Shown here: piece by piece, positions 19,103 through 29,227 of the stretch
How the letters are laid out: each line of letters opens with the position of its first letter
Numbering within the stretch: the first letter of the stretch is position 1
Assembly: GCA_963662265.2 (NCBI GenBank)
Contig: CAXXHA010000008.1
Span: 90,004-154,003, forward strand
DNA length: 64,000 bases
Reading direction: 5' to 3'
Source: Spirochaetia bacterium
GTDB lineage: Bacteria; Spirochaetota; Spirochaetia; CADAEX01
Notes under the pieces: generated by a model
What the model saw: the letters and a program-made list of their open reading frames with translations, nothing else
The model's database searches: none
What the model was told of the DNA's origin: nothing
Position numbers and translations under genes: made by a program

Positions 19103-19129
19103 CAGGCGGTTTTAGAACCGCCTGTTTTT
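19103..19129. terminator. Probable bidirectional terminator
   Basis: CAGGCGGTT-TTAG-AACCGCCTG with T-rich flanks on both strands. Confidence 0.65.
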
Positions 19130-20280
19130 ATTGAGGAAGTATTATAGGGTAAATTCGTATATTGCGTTCAGAGGCTTTTTTGAAAACATCTTCCCGTTTT
19201 ATTGTTCCTTTAGGTTTGGGATGGGGGGGGCGCATCACCGATCAGAATAATTATCCGTTCATCGGCTGTCCATACATATCCGGTAACAGCGCTGTCAAGC
19301 GCTTCGTAAACCGCCTCGGGCCGATCTTTGCCGCCCCAGACTCTTATCCTGTTGACTGCCTTTCTTACCTGCTCCATATCATGGGTAAAGGGAACATTTT
19401 TTGTTATATATGTTTCACCGTAATCCTTATAATAAACAAGGCCGACGCTGACATCGGAAAATCCCTCTGTCTCCTCTTCAAGAAGCTCAACAAGTTTCTC
19501 CTTGAGGAAAGGCACATCATTTTTCATGCTTTCAGTTGTATCTATTGCAAAAACAAGATTAAGACTTTCCCCTTCCGCATGCATCAGGACAGCCTTGATA
19601 TCATCTAGAAGACCAGCCTCCCCGTCTGAATAGATTATTTCTCCGCTTCCTTTTTCCGCAATCTCCCTGAAACTGTCCACAGCTTCATTCATGTAATTAT
19701 CAGGAGGTATTACTTTCAGCGGCACCTGAACTATATCAATCATAAAAGGGTTATCCTTAAAGCTTCCTGTATAATCACAGTACTCTTTCTCAAATGTCCT
19801 TATATTGATAAATGTTCCTGCAGAAAGGTAAATTTCCCCTCTCCTGCTCCACGGATAACCGTATTCTGTGACATAGGGAATAAATATATGAAATGCTTCA
19901 ACAGGATCAGCAGCCCCAGATTCGTCACCGGAAAGGCTGGACGGAAAACCGGTTGTTTTCATCTCGGGAGTTGAATCTGCAAGAAAATAGAGATTTTTAT
20001 CCCGGCTTATAAACTCTCCGTTTAGGATCCTCTTTTCATCACCGTTTACAGGATTATACTCGCTGGCACGTAATGAAAATACAGCTTTTTTTTTCTCCGG
20101 ATCTGCAGTTGATTCAGTAATCATTACAGATTTGATATTTCCCTTTTTCTTTATCCAGAGATGGTATCCACCGTCTGCTTCCTCTTCAAGCACAATATCA
20201 TCAGCACTGACTGCAAGATCCTGCGGATGGGCAATAAACAGAGGAATCAAAAACAGAATAACATAGATTATTATTTTCAT
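19128..20280 (-). CDS. Secreted von Willebrand factor A domain protein, frameshifted near 3' end at a G8 tract
   Basis: MIDAS DTTESM, YKDY, GGKDRPEAVYEAL, ILIGDAPP. Removing one C at 19223-19230 restores ...GDAPPHPKPKG...IRIYPIILPQ* ending at 19128. Confidence 0.8.
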
Positions 20281-20306
20281 GATATTCTGATTATCGGCTT
20301 AAAAAA

Positions 20307-20759
20307 TTATCTTTTAATATTAATGATTGCAGGAAACGATGAGACTTTGAAAAACTCTTCAGTTTTTGCAAAAAACAGCATACTCTTAACAAGTTCATCA
20401 GCAACTGAATAAACAGAATCATCTTCAGTTTCATATGAGATAAAGAGGCTCCACTTATCTTTGTTTACATAGCAGAGGACATTGTCAGAGACCCTGTAAA
20501 AGCTGTATTTAACCCCTGAAAGTTTTTTCCACCCTGTAAAAACAGGAATATCTTCTGTAGAATAGAAAACTTCTATTTTCTTATCATCCAGCTGATAAAT
20601 CCCCTTGTAACAGGGTATAACATTTTCACCTATTCCCGGAACACCTTCAGTCAGGAGGGGCCCTTCGAGAAGATATGCGAAACTGTTACTATCCTGAGAA
20701 AAAGAAAGGGTCATACCTGATAACAGTAAAATTATCAGGCATGTAATATATTTATTCAA
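20307..20759 (-). CDS. Hypothetical exported protein
   Basis: Probable TTG start overlapping the glmS stop; signal peptide NKYITCLIILLLSGMTLSFS. Confidence 0.55.
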   Translation of the reverse strand: MNKYITCLIILLLSGMTLSFSQDSNSFAYLLEGPLLTEGVPGIGENVIPCYKGIYQLDDKKIEVFYSTEDIPVFTGWKKLSGVKYSFYRVSDNVLCYVNKDKWSLFISYETEDDSVYSVADELVKSMLFFAKTEEFFKVSSFPAIINIKR

Positions 20760-22576
20760 CTGTGACACTCTTGGCAAGGTTCCTGGGCTGATCTACATCC
20801 CGGCTCAGGTTCAGGGCGCAGTAATATGAAAACAGCTGCAGAGGTATACTCATGAGGAAAGGATATATATATTCGGATGCATGCGGTACACAGAAAACAT
20901 CATCTGCAATTTCAGCAACATCTTTATCATTATCAACGCAGAAAGCAATAACCTTCCCTTTTCTTGCCTTGACCTCTTTCATATTTGATATGACTTTTTC
21001 CCTGAGCCTGTCATCCGGCACAAGAAACAGTGAAGGTGTCTCTTCATTAATCAGCGCAATAGGCCCGTGCTTGATCTCAGCTGCACTGAAACCCTCTGCA
21101 TGGATATAGGAGATCTCTTTGAGTTTAAGTGCCCCCTCAAGAGCAACTGGATAGTTTATACCCCTTCCCAGGAATATAAAATTCTCCGCTTTACAGTATT
21201 TATCAGCAAGTTTCCTGACTTCATCCTTCCTGTCAAGAATCATGCCGATAAGATCAGGTATTGAATGCAGCTGACTGACAAACTCGCTGCCTGATTCGAA
21301 TGACATATCTTTCATTCTTGCCATCATCAGGGTAAATATATAAAGTGCTGTCAGCTGTGAAGTAAAGGCTTTTGTCGAGGCAACAGCAATTTCAGGACCT
21401 GAGTGGATATAAACCCCGCCGTCTGTTTCTCTTGCAATAGTTGAACCTACAACATTGCATATCCCCAGCACCTTTGCCCCCTTCCTCTGGAGTTCCCTCA
21501 TTGCATAGAGAGTATCTGCAGTCTCCCCTGACTGGGAAACTACAAAGTAGAGTGCATTTTTTTTCAATAATCGGATTTCTGTACCTGAGCTCGGATGCAA
21601 GCTCTGTAGTTGCCGGAATTCTGGCTACAGATTCCATAAGGTATGCAGCAACCATACCTGCATGGTATGAAGTCCCTGCAGCAACAATAACCACCCTCTC
21701 AATATTTAGAAGTTCAGAACTGGTCATGTTGAGACCGCCGAGGTGACCTGTTGCCATTTCCTTTCTTAGCCGTCCAAGCAGTCCCCTGGTGATTGATTCT
21801 TTCTGCTCAAATATTTCCTTGAGCATGAAATGGTCGAATTCACCCTTATCAAAAGCTTCACATTCCCAGTCAACTTCATCAACTTTCTTGCTTATCTTCT
21901 TCGCATCAAGACCTGAAGTCCTGAAAGAATCCGGTGTTACTGTTATAATCTCGCCGTCTTCGATATATACTACCTGTTTTGTATATGAAATCATTGCTGT
22001 AACATCAGAAGCAAGAAACATCTCGTTTTCGCCGATACCGAGGATCAGAGGAGATCCGTTTCTTGCACCTACAAGAGTTTCTGGATGTTCCTTGTGCATG
22101 ACAACAAGCCCGTATGTCCCCTTGAGCCTTACAGCAGCATCCCTTACTGCCTTGGTAAGGTCTCCCTCATAGAGATCTTCAATAAGGTGTGCAATTACTT
22201 CTGAATCTGTTTCAGATCTGAATTTATGACCTTTCTCAACAAGTATGCTTTTAAGCTGCATGTAGTTTTCAATTATTCCGTTATGGACAATTGTGATCTT
22301 CCCGGTACAGTCTGAATGGGGATGCGCGTTTTCATCAGTTACGCCTCCATGTGTCGCCCACCTTGTATGGCCTATACCGTTTTTGCCGAAAGGTTCATCA
22401 GGCACTATTTCCCTGAGTTCTTTTATCTTGCCTTTCCGTTTTAATATCCTGAATCCATCCTCAGTACCGACAGAAATACCGGCTGAATCATATCCCCGGT
22501 ATTCAAGACGTCTGAGCCCTTCAAGAAGTATTTCTGAAGCAGGTTTTATCCCGCAGTATCCGACTATTCCGCACAT
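20752..22576 (-). CDS. glmS: Glutamine--fructose-6-phosphate aminotransferase (split by +1 insertion at 21557-21564)
   Basis: MCGIVG start, LEYRGYDSAG, GHTRWATHG and HNGIIEN in one frame; SQSGETADT, ASTKAFT, EGALKLKEISY and PRNLAKSVTVE in the next. They join if A8 is read as A7 (IIEKNALYF). Confidence 0.95.
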
Positions 22577-22734
22577 ATAATAATTCTCCCTAATCTGAAT
22601 CGAAGTACATTTTTTACATTGATTCTGCATATTTTTACCAGTTACCAGTCAGGTCTCTGAAGAACACACAAAACCTGGAAACAACTATCTGCTGTTCAGT
22701 ATACCGGCATATTTAATGAAAATGTTTATTTTTT

Positions 22735-23340
22735 TCAGCTGTATTCTTTAAGCCTGTCAATATCCTTGATTATAATCCTGTTCCCGCTGATTTCTATAAT
22801 CTCTTTTTTCTGAAATATTTCAATTTTCTCCTGGATTATATCAATCGGCAGTTCCATATTCTTCGAAATAGTATCTGAAACTTTATCATAATATAGGTTA
22901 TCATATTCCTCTTTGCTCTGGCAGAGATAATAAAGATTCATAGCAATAAGACTCTTAATATCTTTTTTAACAAGCATCTTGATCTGCTGATTCGCGCTTT
23001 CAATTCTTCTGCACAGCTTATCTATGATATTTAGACCGATTTTTGCATTCTTCTCTATCATTGTAATAAACCCGTCCCTGTTGAAAGCAAGCAGCTGTAC
23101 TTCACCTACAGCAGTAGCTGTTGCAGATCTTTTAAGCCTGCTCACAATAGCCATTTCACCGAAAAAATCACCCTTATTCAGTATTGCAAGAATATGCTCC
23201 TTTCCAGCAATCATCTTGCTTATTTTCACGGAACCTTCCTGTATGATATACATCTGTTCCCCGTCTTCATTTTCCTTGAATATTATCTGCCCGTTTGGAA
23301 CATGGCGTCCAAATTTATTAAACAATGAACTGTCAGACAT
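22735..23340 (-). CDS. Crp/Fnr-family cyclic-nucleotide-binding protein
   Basis: IFKENEDG..MYIIQEGSV, GDFFGEMA, RSATATA cNMP-binding motifs; C-terminal wHTH-like region. Confidence 0.85.
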   Translation of the reverse strand: MSDSSLFNKFGRHVPNGQIIFKENEDGEQMYIIQEGSVKISKMIAGKEHILAILNKGDFFGEMAIVSRLKRSATATAVGEVQLLAFNRDGFITMIEKNAKIGLNIIDKLCRRIESANQQIKMLVKKDIKSLIAMNLYYLCQSKEEYDNLYYDKVSDTISKNMELPIDIIQEKIEIFQKKEIIEISGNRIIIKDIDRLKEYS

Positions 23341-23413
23341 ACAACCCCCGATGAATATTTTGAATCACTATTTACAAATTATATGTTAATACAAATATCG
23401 ACAGGAGAAAAGC

Positions 23414-24439
23414 ATGTTAAAAACCTTTTTTAAGTTCTTTTTACCGGTCTTTATACTGATCTGCCTATCATGCACTGAAATCAGTATGAAAGAGGATGAA
23501 AACAGTATCAATGTAATCCCCCCAAAAATTACAGATCTCAGAATAATCAATTCCGATTCTGTTGAATTTGATTTCTCAGGCAATATACAGCCTCTTGAAA
23601 AAGTTTTCAATATATCACCTGACCTCGGAATTGAATCAATGGAACTAATCAAATCAACCCTGAAAATAACATTTTCCGCCAGCCAGAACCCTGGCGAAGA
23701 ATATTTTATAAAAGGAGCAGTTAGGGATAAACAGGGCAATTCCCTTACATTCTGCGCAGAATTTTACGGGTTCAATCCTTTTATTCCCGATCTCCTCTTG
23801 AATGAAGTCACAACCCAGGGCTCTTCTTCTCACCCCGATTTAGTTGAACTTTATATCTTAGAGAATGGAAACATGGCCGGGGTAACATTTTTCGAAGGGA
23901 CAAAAGAAGACTATGAGGATAAATACATATTCCCCCCGATTGAGGTACTATCAGGTGATTATATTCTGATCCATACAAAACCGGAAGGAATCCCTGATGA
24001 AATAAATGAAACAGATGACAAGTCAGCATCAGGAGGTATAGATGCATCAGATTCAGCATATGATATATGGCCGGGAGGGTTTACAGGACTATCAGGCAAC
24101 AACGGAGTTCTTTCTGTTTATTCAGGTCCCGGAGGCAGCCTTATTGATGCATTTCTCTACAGCAACAGGACATCGCTATCGGATGAGAAATACCGTGGAT
24201 TCGGAAGCCTTTCAGTCATGAAGAGAATGGATTATATGGCAGCTGAAGAGGGATGGATTTTTTCAGGAGATCAGATCTCACCGGAAGACTGCGTAAACCC
24301 TGATCCATCTACAGCTACCAGGTCGATATGCAGAAGCTCATCTTCATCTGACAGTAATTCAAAATCCGACTGGCATACTGTGCCTACATCAATGTATTCT
24401 TTCGGATCTGTTAATACTGATGATATTTATACACCTTAG
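23414..24439 (+). CDS. Lipoprotein with Ig-like and lamin-tail-like domains
   Basis: Lipobox CLSC; LLLNEV...DLVELY...GNMAG pattern typical of lamin-tail domains. Confidence 0.55.
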   Translation: MLKTFFKFFLPVFILICLSCTEISMKEDENSINVIPPKITDLRIINSDSVEFDFSGNIQPLEKVFNISPDLGIESMELIKSTLKITFSASQNPGEEYFIKGAVRDKQGNSLTFCAEFYGFNPFIPDLLLNEVTTQGSSSHPDLVELYILENGNMAGVTFFEGTKEDYEDKYIFPPIEVLSGDYILIHTKPEGIPDEINETDDKSASGGIDASDSAYDIWPGGFTGLSGNNGVLSVYSGPGGSLIDAFLYSNRTSLSDEKYRGFGSLSVMKRMDYMAAEEGWIFSGDQISPEDCVNPDPSTATRSICRSSSSSDSNSKSDWHTVPTSMYSFGSVNTDDIYTP

Positions 24440-24775
24440 ACAGTCATCAGCATGTTTCATTCAAATAAATACATAGGATTTTTTGAAAATATTATTTTTA
24501 TTCATAACAATATTTTTGAAATTATTGTTTTTACACTTTCCTTAGAAAGGATAATATAATGGTATCTTTAAAAACTATTTTTTTTATTTTGCATCCGTTT
24601 ATTATAAATTTGACTATAGACTCTTGTATGATAGTAATTTGTTTCATACAAAAAAAAATAGTTTTTTCTTATAGATTCCCTTTTGGGCAAACTTCTAAGG
24701 CACTTGTCCCGGCTTGCCGGGTAAAAAACTTGCATTTGTAGAGGTGTCCATTATAAATTTCCGGAGGTCAAAACA

Positions 24776-24868
24776 ATGGAAACTGATTCAATATTTTATC
24801 TTCTTCAGTATCTTATCTATCTGCTTATGCAATTCTATATTTTAAGTTTAATCCTGCTTAATCCATAA
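24776..24868 (+). CDS. Putative 30-aa single-pass membrane peptide (not in ORF track)
   Basis: GGAGG SD 8 nt upstream; METDSIFYLLQYLIYLLMQFYILSLILLNP*. Confidence 0.45.
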   Translation: METDSIFYLLQYLIYLLMQFYILSLILLNP

Positions 24869-25113
24869 AAGACTGTGAAATCAACTGCCCGGTATATCTG
24901 CAGATATTTTCAATGCTAAAAAAATGAACTCTCAATTTTTATTTCAGGTTTCAGCTCTTTTCCGGAGCATGTGTAAAAAATTATGATCATCACTCCTCGA
25001 TCGATAATTTCAATTATCTGGAAAAACCAATACATTTAACTTGATTAAAGTAATCAGTATTATCAACTGCAAAGAAGTCAAAGTCAAAAATAATCATTGT
25101 TAAAAACTGACAG

Positions 25114-25908
25114 CTAATATTTCGTGAATTCCATCAGATCATTCAGACGGAAATCATTTTTCACATTCTCGAGATAATCCTTCATATCTGAAATATCATG
25201 AAAATCTTCTGTAGTCATATGTTCTGTATCATCAATTTCAGAAAGAGCCTTTTTCAGGTTATTGATAAGAACAGCTGATTCCAGTATGACCATTTTTTCC
25301 TCTTTTTCGATATCTTTTGTTCTTGAAAATGGGGAAGACAGCATTGTCTTGTACCTTATCAGCCTGGTGGGTACATCATCCTTGTAAATACGGGAGAAAT
25401 CGTTGAGCTGGTTTTCCAGCTGGATATATGAAAGATTATATTTCAGAGCCCTGTATTTCTTTGATATTCTGTCATAATTCTTCCAGTGCTTGCTGTCAAA
25501 ATCAATGAGGGTACCGAAAAGTTTTCTGATTTCCGGATTTGCATGATCATGGATAAATATTTCAGGGTATTTCTCAATTTTCTGCATCATCTTTTCTATC
25601 ATCCTGTCTGCAAAATCCTGCTTGACAGTATTTATATTCTGCTTTTTACGGGCTTCGATTTTTCTTTTTTCGGCTGCCTCTTTATTGAGTTTTTCTCTTT
25701 CCCTTGTTTCTATATTCTTTATATTAAGGATTTCATCATGGAAAAAACGTTCAGGGTTTACCCCTGCCCTTTTCACCTGATACAGGCGTTCTTCAAAATG
25801 ATTTTTTATCCTTGGAGAAAGCATATATGTTACAATAAGATCATTATACCTGTTTCTGATTTTGTTGATGATCTGTTCGATTTCCTGCTCATTCAACTTT
25901 TTTTTCAT
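25114..25908 (-). CDS. Hypothetical spirochaetal protein
   Basis: Long, Lys/Glu-rich ORF; TATAAT lies 7 nt upstream of ATG 25908. Confidence 0.6.
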   Translation of the reverse strand: MKKKLNEQEIEQIINKIRNRYNDLIVTYMLSPRIKNHFEERLYQVKRAGVNPERFFHDEILNIKNIETREREKLNKEAAEKRKIEARKKQNINTVKQDFADRMIEKMMQKIEKYPEIFIHDHANPEIRKLFGTLIDFDSKHWKNYDRISKKYRALKYNLSYIQLENQLNDFSRIYKDDVPTRLIRYKTMLSSPFSRTKDIEKEEKMVILESAVLINNLKKALSEIDDTEHMTTEDFHDISDMKDYLENVKNDFRLNDLMEFTKY

Positions 25909-26124
25909 CACCACTATTATATTTTAAATAAAAAAAAACTCCAGTACCTTAATGGTGCCGGAGCATTATTTTTAATTTTTTAAAGCAGCTTTTAAAAATA
26001 TTTCAGGTTATTTTCTTACTCCTCGACTGCTGCAGCTTCATTCTCATGCTCATAAAATCTTTTATAAGCAGATATAACTTATTCATTCACTGCTTTTCCG
26101 CTTTTAAGTGACTTCAGTTTCCCC

Positions 26125-26571
26125 TTATACTGTCTGCTCCTCCAAAGCTGCATTCTTTTCTGAAGGATCTTCGACTTTTTCACCAGCATCAGGATTATTT
26201 TCTGTTACACAAGGCTTTTCCCCCTTATCTGTTTCTTCATGATTAGTTACAGGTTTAAACTCTACATGTTCTGCCACAATCTTTATCCTGCTTTTTGCCT
26301 TACCTTCACTGTCGCTCCACCGGTCCTGCTTCAGCCGCCCCACTACTCTTACCCCCCGTCCCTTTGCAAGGTGATCGCTGCACACTTCTGCAAGCCGCGC
26401 CCATGTTTCAATGTCGAAGTATGAAACTTCGCTCTGGATTTCATCATCCTGTTTATAGTACCTGTTTGTTGCAATAGTAAATTTGGATACAGGAGTTCCT
26501 TTGGGTGTTTCATTGAACACCGGATCTTTTGTCAGATTTCCTTCGATCAGAATTGAATTAAGGTTATTCAT
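26125..26571 (-). CDS. ssb: Single-stranded DNA-binding protein
   Basis: MNNLNSILIEGNLTKDP, FTIATNR, FDIETW, KGRGVRVVGRLKQDRW OB-fold motifs; GGAGG SD before ATG 26571. Confidence 0.9.
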   Translation of the reverse strand: MNNLNSILIEGNLTKDPVFNETPKGTPVSKFTIATNRYYKQDDEIQSEVSYFDIETWARLAEVCSDHLAKGRGVRVVGRLKQDRWSDSEGKAKSRIKIVAEHVEFKPVTNHEETDKGEKPCVTENNPDAGEKVEDPSEKNAALEEQTV

Positions 26572-26878
26572 CACTTTCCTCCGCATTTTTTACCTTTCTC
26601 AGGTTTTTAATTTTATATACTCATAAGTACTCTTCTTTTATATCCAATGCTTCAAAATTCAATTATTATTTTGTTTTATTTCCCTGATAGCTATAATTTT
26701 TATTATTAATAAAAATTACCCAGGACATCAGACAATTGTTCTTAAAACGATATCTTAAAATGAAAGATCATATTTATAAATCTTTTGTTATAATAGACTT
26801 AATTAATTTAATAACACTTTGACAAAAAAAAATATAGAATGTACTCTTTCTTTATATTTAATATTAATTGAGGTTAAA

Positions 26879-27478
26879 ATGAAAAATAAATTACTGCTTT
26901 TTTCAATTGTTCTGTTTAATATTTTTGCATTAAACAGCTGTATGATAACACCAAAATATCATATTACTGATAGTTACAAAGTTCAAGAAAATGAAAACGA
27001 TGGTATCAGAATAAAATGTACATATCTTAATCGTGAAGACATTATTAAACGTCATGGAACAAAACATAATCCATTTCTGGCTCCTTACCGAGTAATGACA
27101 CCTCAACCTGTTATTATTTTCGAGCTTGAAATTACAAATCTTGAAGAAGGGGTTATAAAACTAGACCAGAGAAAAATAGATTTTTTTTATAATGACAAAA
27201 ATTATACTCCTATGAGCAGATTAAAAATGAGAATGAAAATTGAAGACGAAGTAACAAAAGGATCTGAGAGGTTACGACAGGAAAGAATAGTAAAACAATA
27301 TATGTTTAATGATATAGAAAAAATCAAGGGAAATCAAACCGTAACTAAATATATAATTTATATGAGAAATCTTAAAGACCGGGGAGAAAGTGAATTAGTA
27401 ATTCCAATTTATACAATCGATGGTTTAGAAGCAGCTGATTTCAGTTTTTTTTATAACTTTACAACAAAAAATAGGTAA
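26879..27478 (+). CDS. Hypothetical lipoprotein (AT-rich)
   Basis: GAGG SD; MKNKLLLFSIVLFNIFALNSC lipoprotein signal. Confidence 0.6.
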   Translation: MKNKLLLFSIVLFNIFALNSCMITPKYHITDSYKVQENENDGIRIKCTYLNREDIIKRHGTKHNPFLAPYRVMTPQPVIIFELEITNLEEGVIKLDQRKIDFFYNDKNYTPMSRLKMRMKIEDEVTKGSERLRQERIVKQYMFNDIEKIKGNQTVTKYIIYMRNLKDRGESELVIPIYTIDGLEAADFSFFYNFTTKNR

Positions 27479-27484
27479 TTCGTC

Positions 27485-27535
27485 TATTCTGGATAAAGCA
27501 AATTATATTCAATGATTTCTGCTTTATCCAGAATA
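27485..27535. terminator. 16-bp perfect inverted repeat, terminator-like
   Basis: TATTCTGGATAAAGCA...TGCTTTATCCAGAATA. Confidence 0.6.
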
Positions 27536-27942
27536 TTTCAAAAATAGTTATTATAAATATTCAGACCTTTCATGCTCTCAGATGACTTCTAATAATCCAT
27601 CTTTTTTATCTCTCAATCAAAATAGCGTATTCAGACTAATCATTAAATCCCCTAAAAATAATCTCACCTTCATACTTATTCTTGTTTTATTTTCTTAACA
27701 TTTTTAGTTGAGAAATCTACTTTAAATATTTTTCTCGATCCATACAGTTTTTCAATGTTTTAAATGCTGTTTCTGTTCATCAATTCACGCTCAGGATAAA
27801 AAGGCGCTACCATTTTTATCATTTTAAATATATTTCTCTACTAAATGAATGAAATTATGACAGGTAGGGTGTAAAATACAAAAAAGGGGATTATCTTATT
27901 TAAGACAATCCCCCACGATTTTATATAAGAATTAAATTATTC

Positions 27943-29055
27943 TTAGTATTCAAGGTCAACAGCGAAGTAGATTCCGCCGTTAGCAGGTGCATCATAAGCT
28001 GTGTATGAATCATAAACAGCACCTTTTTCAACACCAAGCATATCGATGTCAGCAGGATAAACTGCATCTTCAGATGTCACGATGTAACCAAGTGAATATT
28101 TTACAGCACCTGGAGAAACAGAGATACCGAATTCAGCTCCGATAAAAGTTTCATCATTTGTAACATTTTCTGCATAATCACCCATAGCCATCATTAAACC
28201 ACCGTTAACTCCAAGCCATTCGAGGATATCGTATGATGCATCAAAAGTAAGATTAGAAAGAGCTAAACTAAGATCCTGTGGATTAAGATCGTCTGGAAGG
28301 AAATAACCGTTAAGAGCAACATTAGCAACAGCACCATAAGCTTCTACACCTGCAGCTACAGAATATTTCTTTGCCCAGTTATCTTTATCAGCTTTAGACA
28401 TACCGAAAGTAGCACCAGCATTAGCAACAACACCGTCAGCAACTTCAGCACTATACATAGCACCAAGACCAAAAACTGATCCAACTGCATCTTCTGCACC
28501 AGCACCTTTGTAGTATACTTCAGCAGCAACTGGAGCAAATTCTACATCAGTACCGATAAGGAAATCAGATCCAGCTTCGCTTCCGTCAGGATATGATCGA
28601 AAGTTCATTGCAGCATATGGTTTAACCATTCCCATGATATCCATATTGATCTGCCAGCTAGCTCTATCAGCAATATCAGGATTCTGTGATTCGATTTCAT
28701 AAGCTGTGAAACATACAAGATCTGATGTTTCTGGATCCCAGTGACCTACTTTAGTAGTAAGACCGAAACCTGATTCAGCAAAACCAAAGTATTTACCCCA
28801 GTCTGTTGTTACCATGTAGTCAAGAAGTTCAAGTTTTTCATCATCAGCACCATCTGTTTTGAGTACGAAAGAGTTGTAGTCATCAAGAGCTGTTTTGAAA
28901 TCAAGACTAAGATCATCAACTGCATCAGCAAATTCTGAATCGCCTGTGTTCCAAGCTGCTGAGTAGTCATAAGCTCCTGAAATAGCTACATCAGCCATAA
29001 CTGGAGCAACTGCGAATGCCATAAGAGCAAGTGCAAGAACGAAATATTTTTTCAT
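27943..29055 (-). CDS. Putative major outer-membrane porin / outer-sheath protein
   Basis: Classic signal peptide (MKKYFVLALALMAFAVAPVMA), Gly/Ala/aromatic alternating strands, C-terminal YFAVDLEY, strong AGGAG SD, GCT/GGT/GTT-biased codons. Confidence 0.65.
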   Translation of the reverse strand: MKKYFVLALALMAFAVAPVMADVAISGAYDYSAAWNTGDSEFADAVDDLSLDFKTALDDYNSFVLKTDGADDEKLELLDYMVTTDWGKYFGFAESGFGLTTKVGHWDPETSDLVCFTAYEIESQNPDIADRASWQINMDIMGMVKPYAAMNFRSYPDGSEAGSDFLIGTDVEFAPVAAEVYYKGAGAEDAVGSVFGLGAMYSAEVADGVVANAGATFGMSKADKDNWAKKYSVAAGVEAYGAVANVALNGYFLPDDLNPQDLSLALSNLTFDASYDILEWLGVNGGLMMAMGDYAENVTNDETFIGAEFGISVSPGAVKYSLGYIVTSEDAVYPADIDMLGVEKGAVYDSYTAYDAPANGGIYFAVDLEY

Positions 29056-29227
29056 TTCATTTCTCCTTTTAGTAATTGGGATTCAAGCCAACAGCCTGAA
29101 TAACTTCCCTTTTTGAATATCTATCGAAAAAAATTATACCAATTGTGATTTTTACTGTCAAGAAAAATTATTATTTTGTTTAATATACTGATTGCAGTAT
29201 CTTCTATTAAATGCTTTAATCTTTTCC

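Noticed and set aside
22577-22734. glmS ribozyme upstream of glmS
   Set aside because: The conserved AGCGCC...GACGAGG core is not found on the coding strand.
24684-24750. c-di-GMP-I or -II riboswitch (GGGCAAAC and GGCACTTG fragments)
   Set aside because: The remaining consensus elements (GNRA loop plus GACGCAAAG, or GUGCAACC) are absent.
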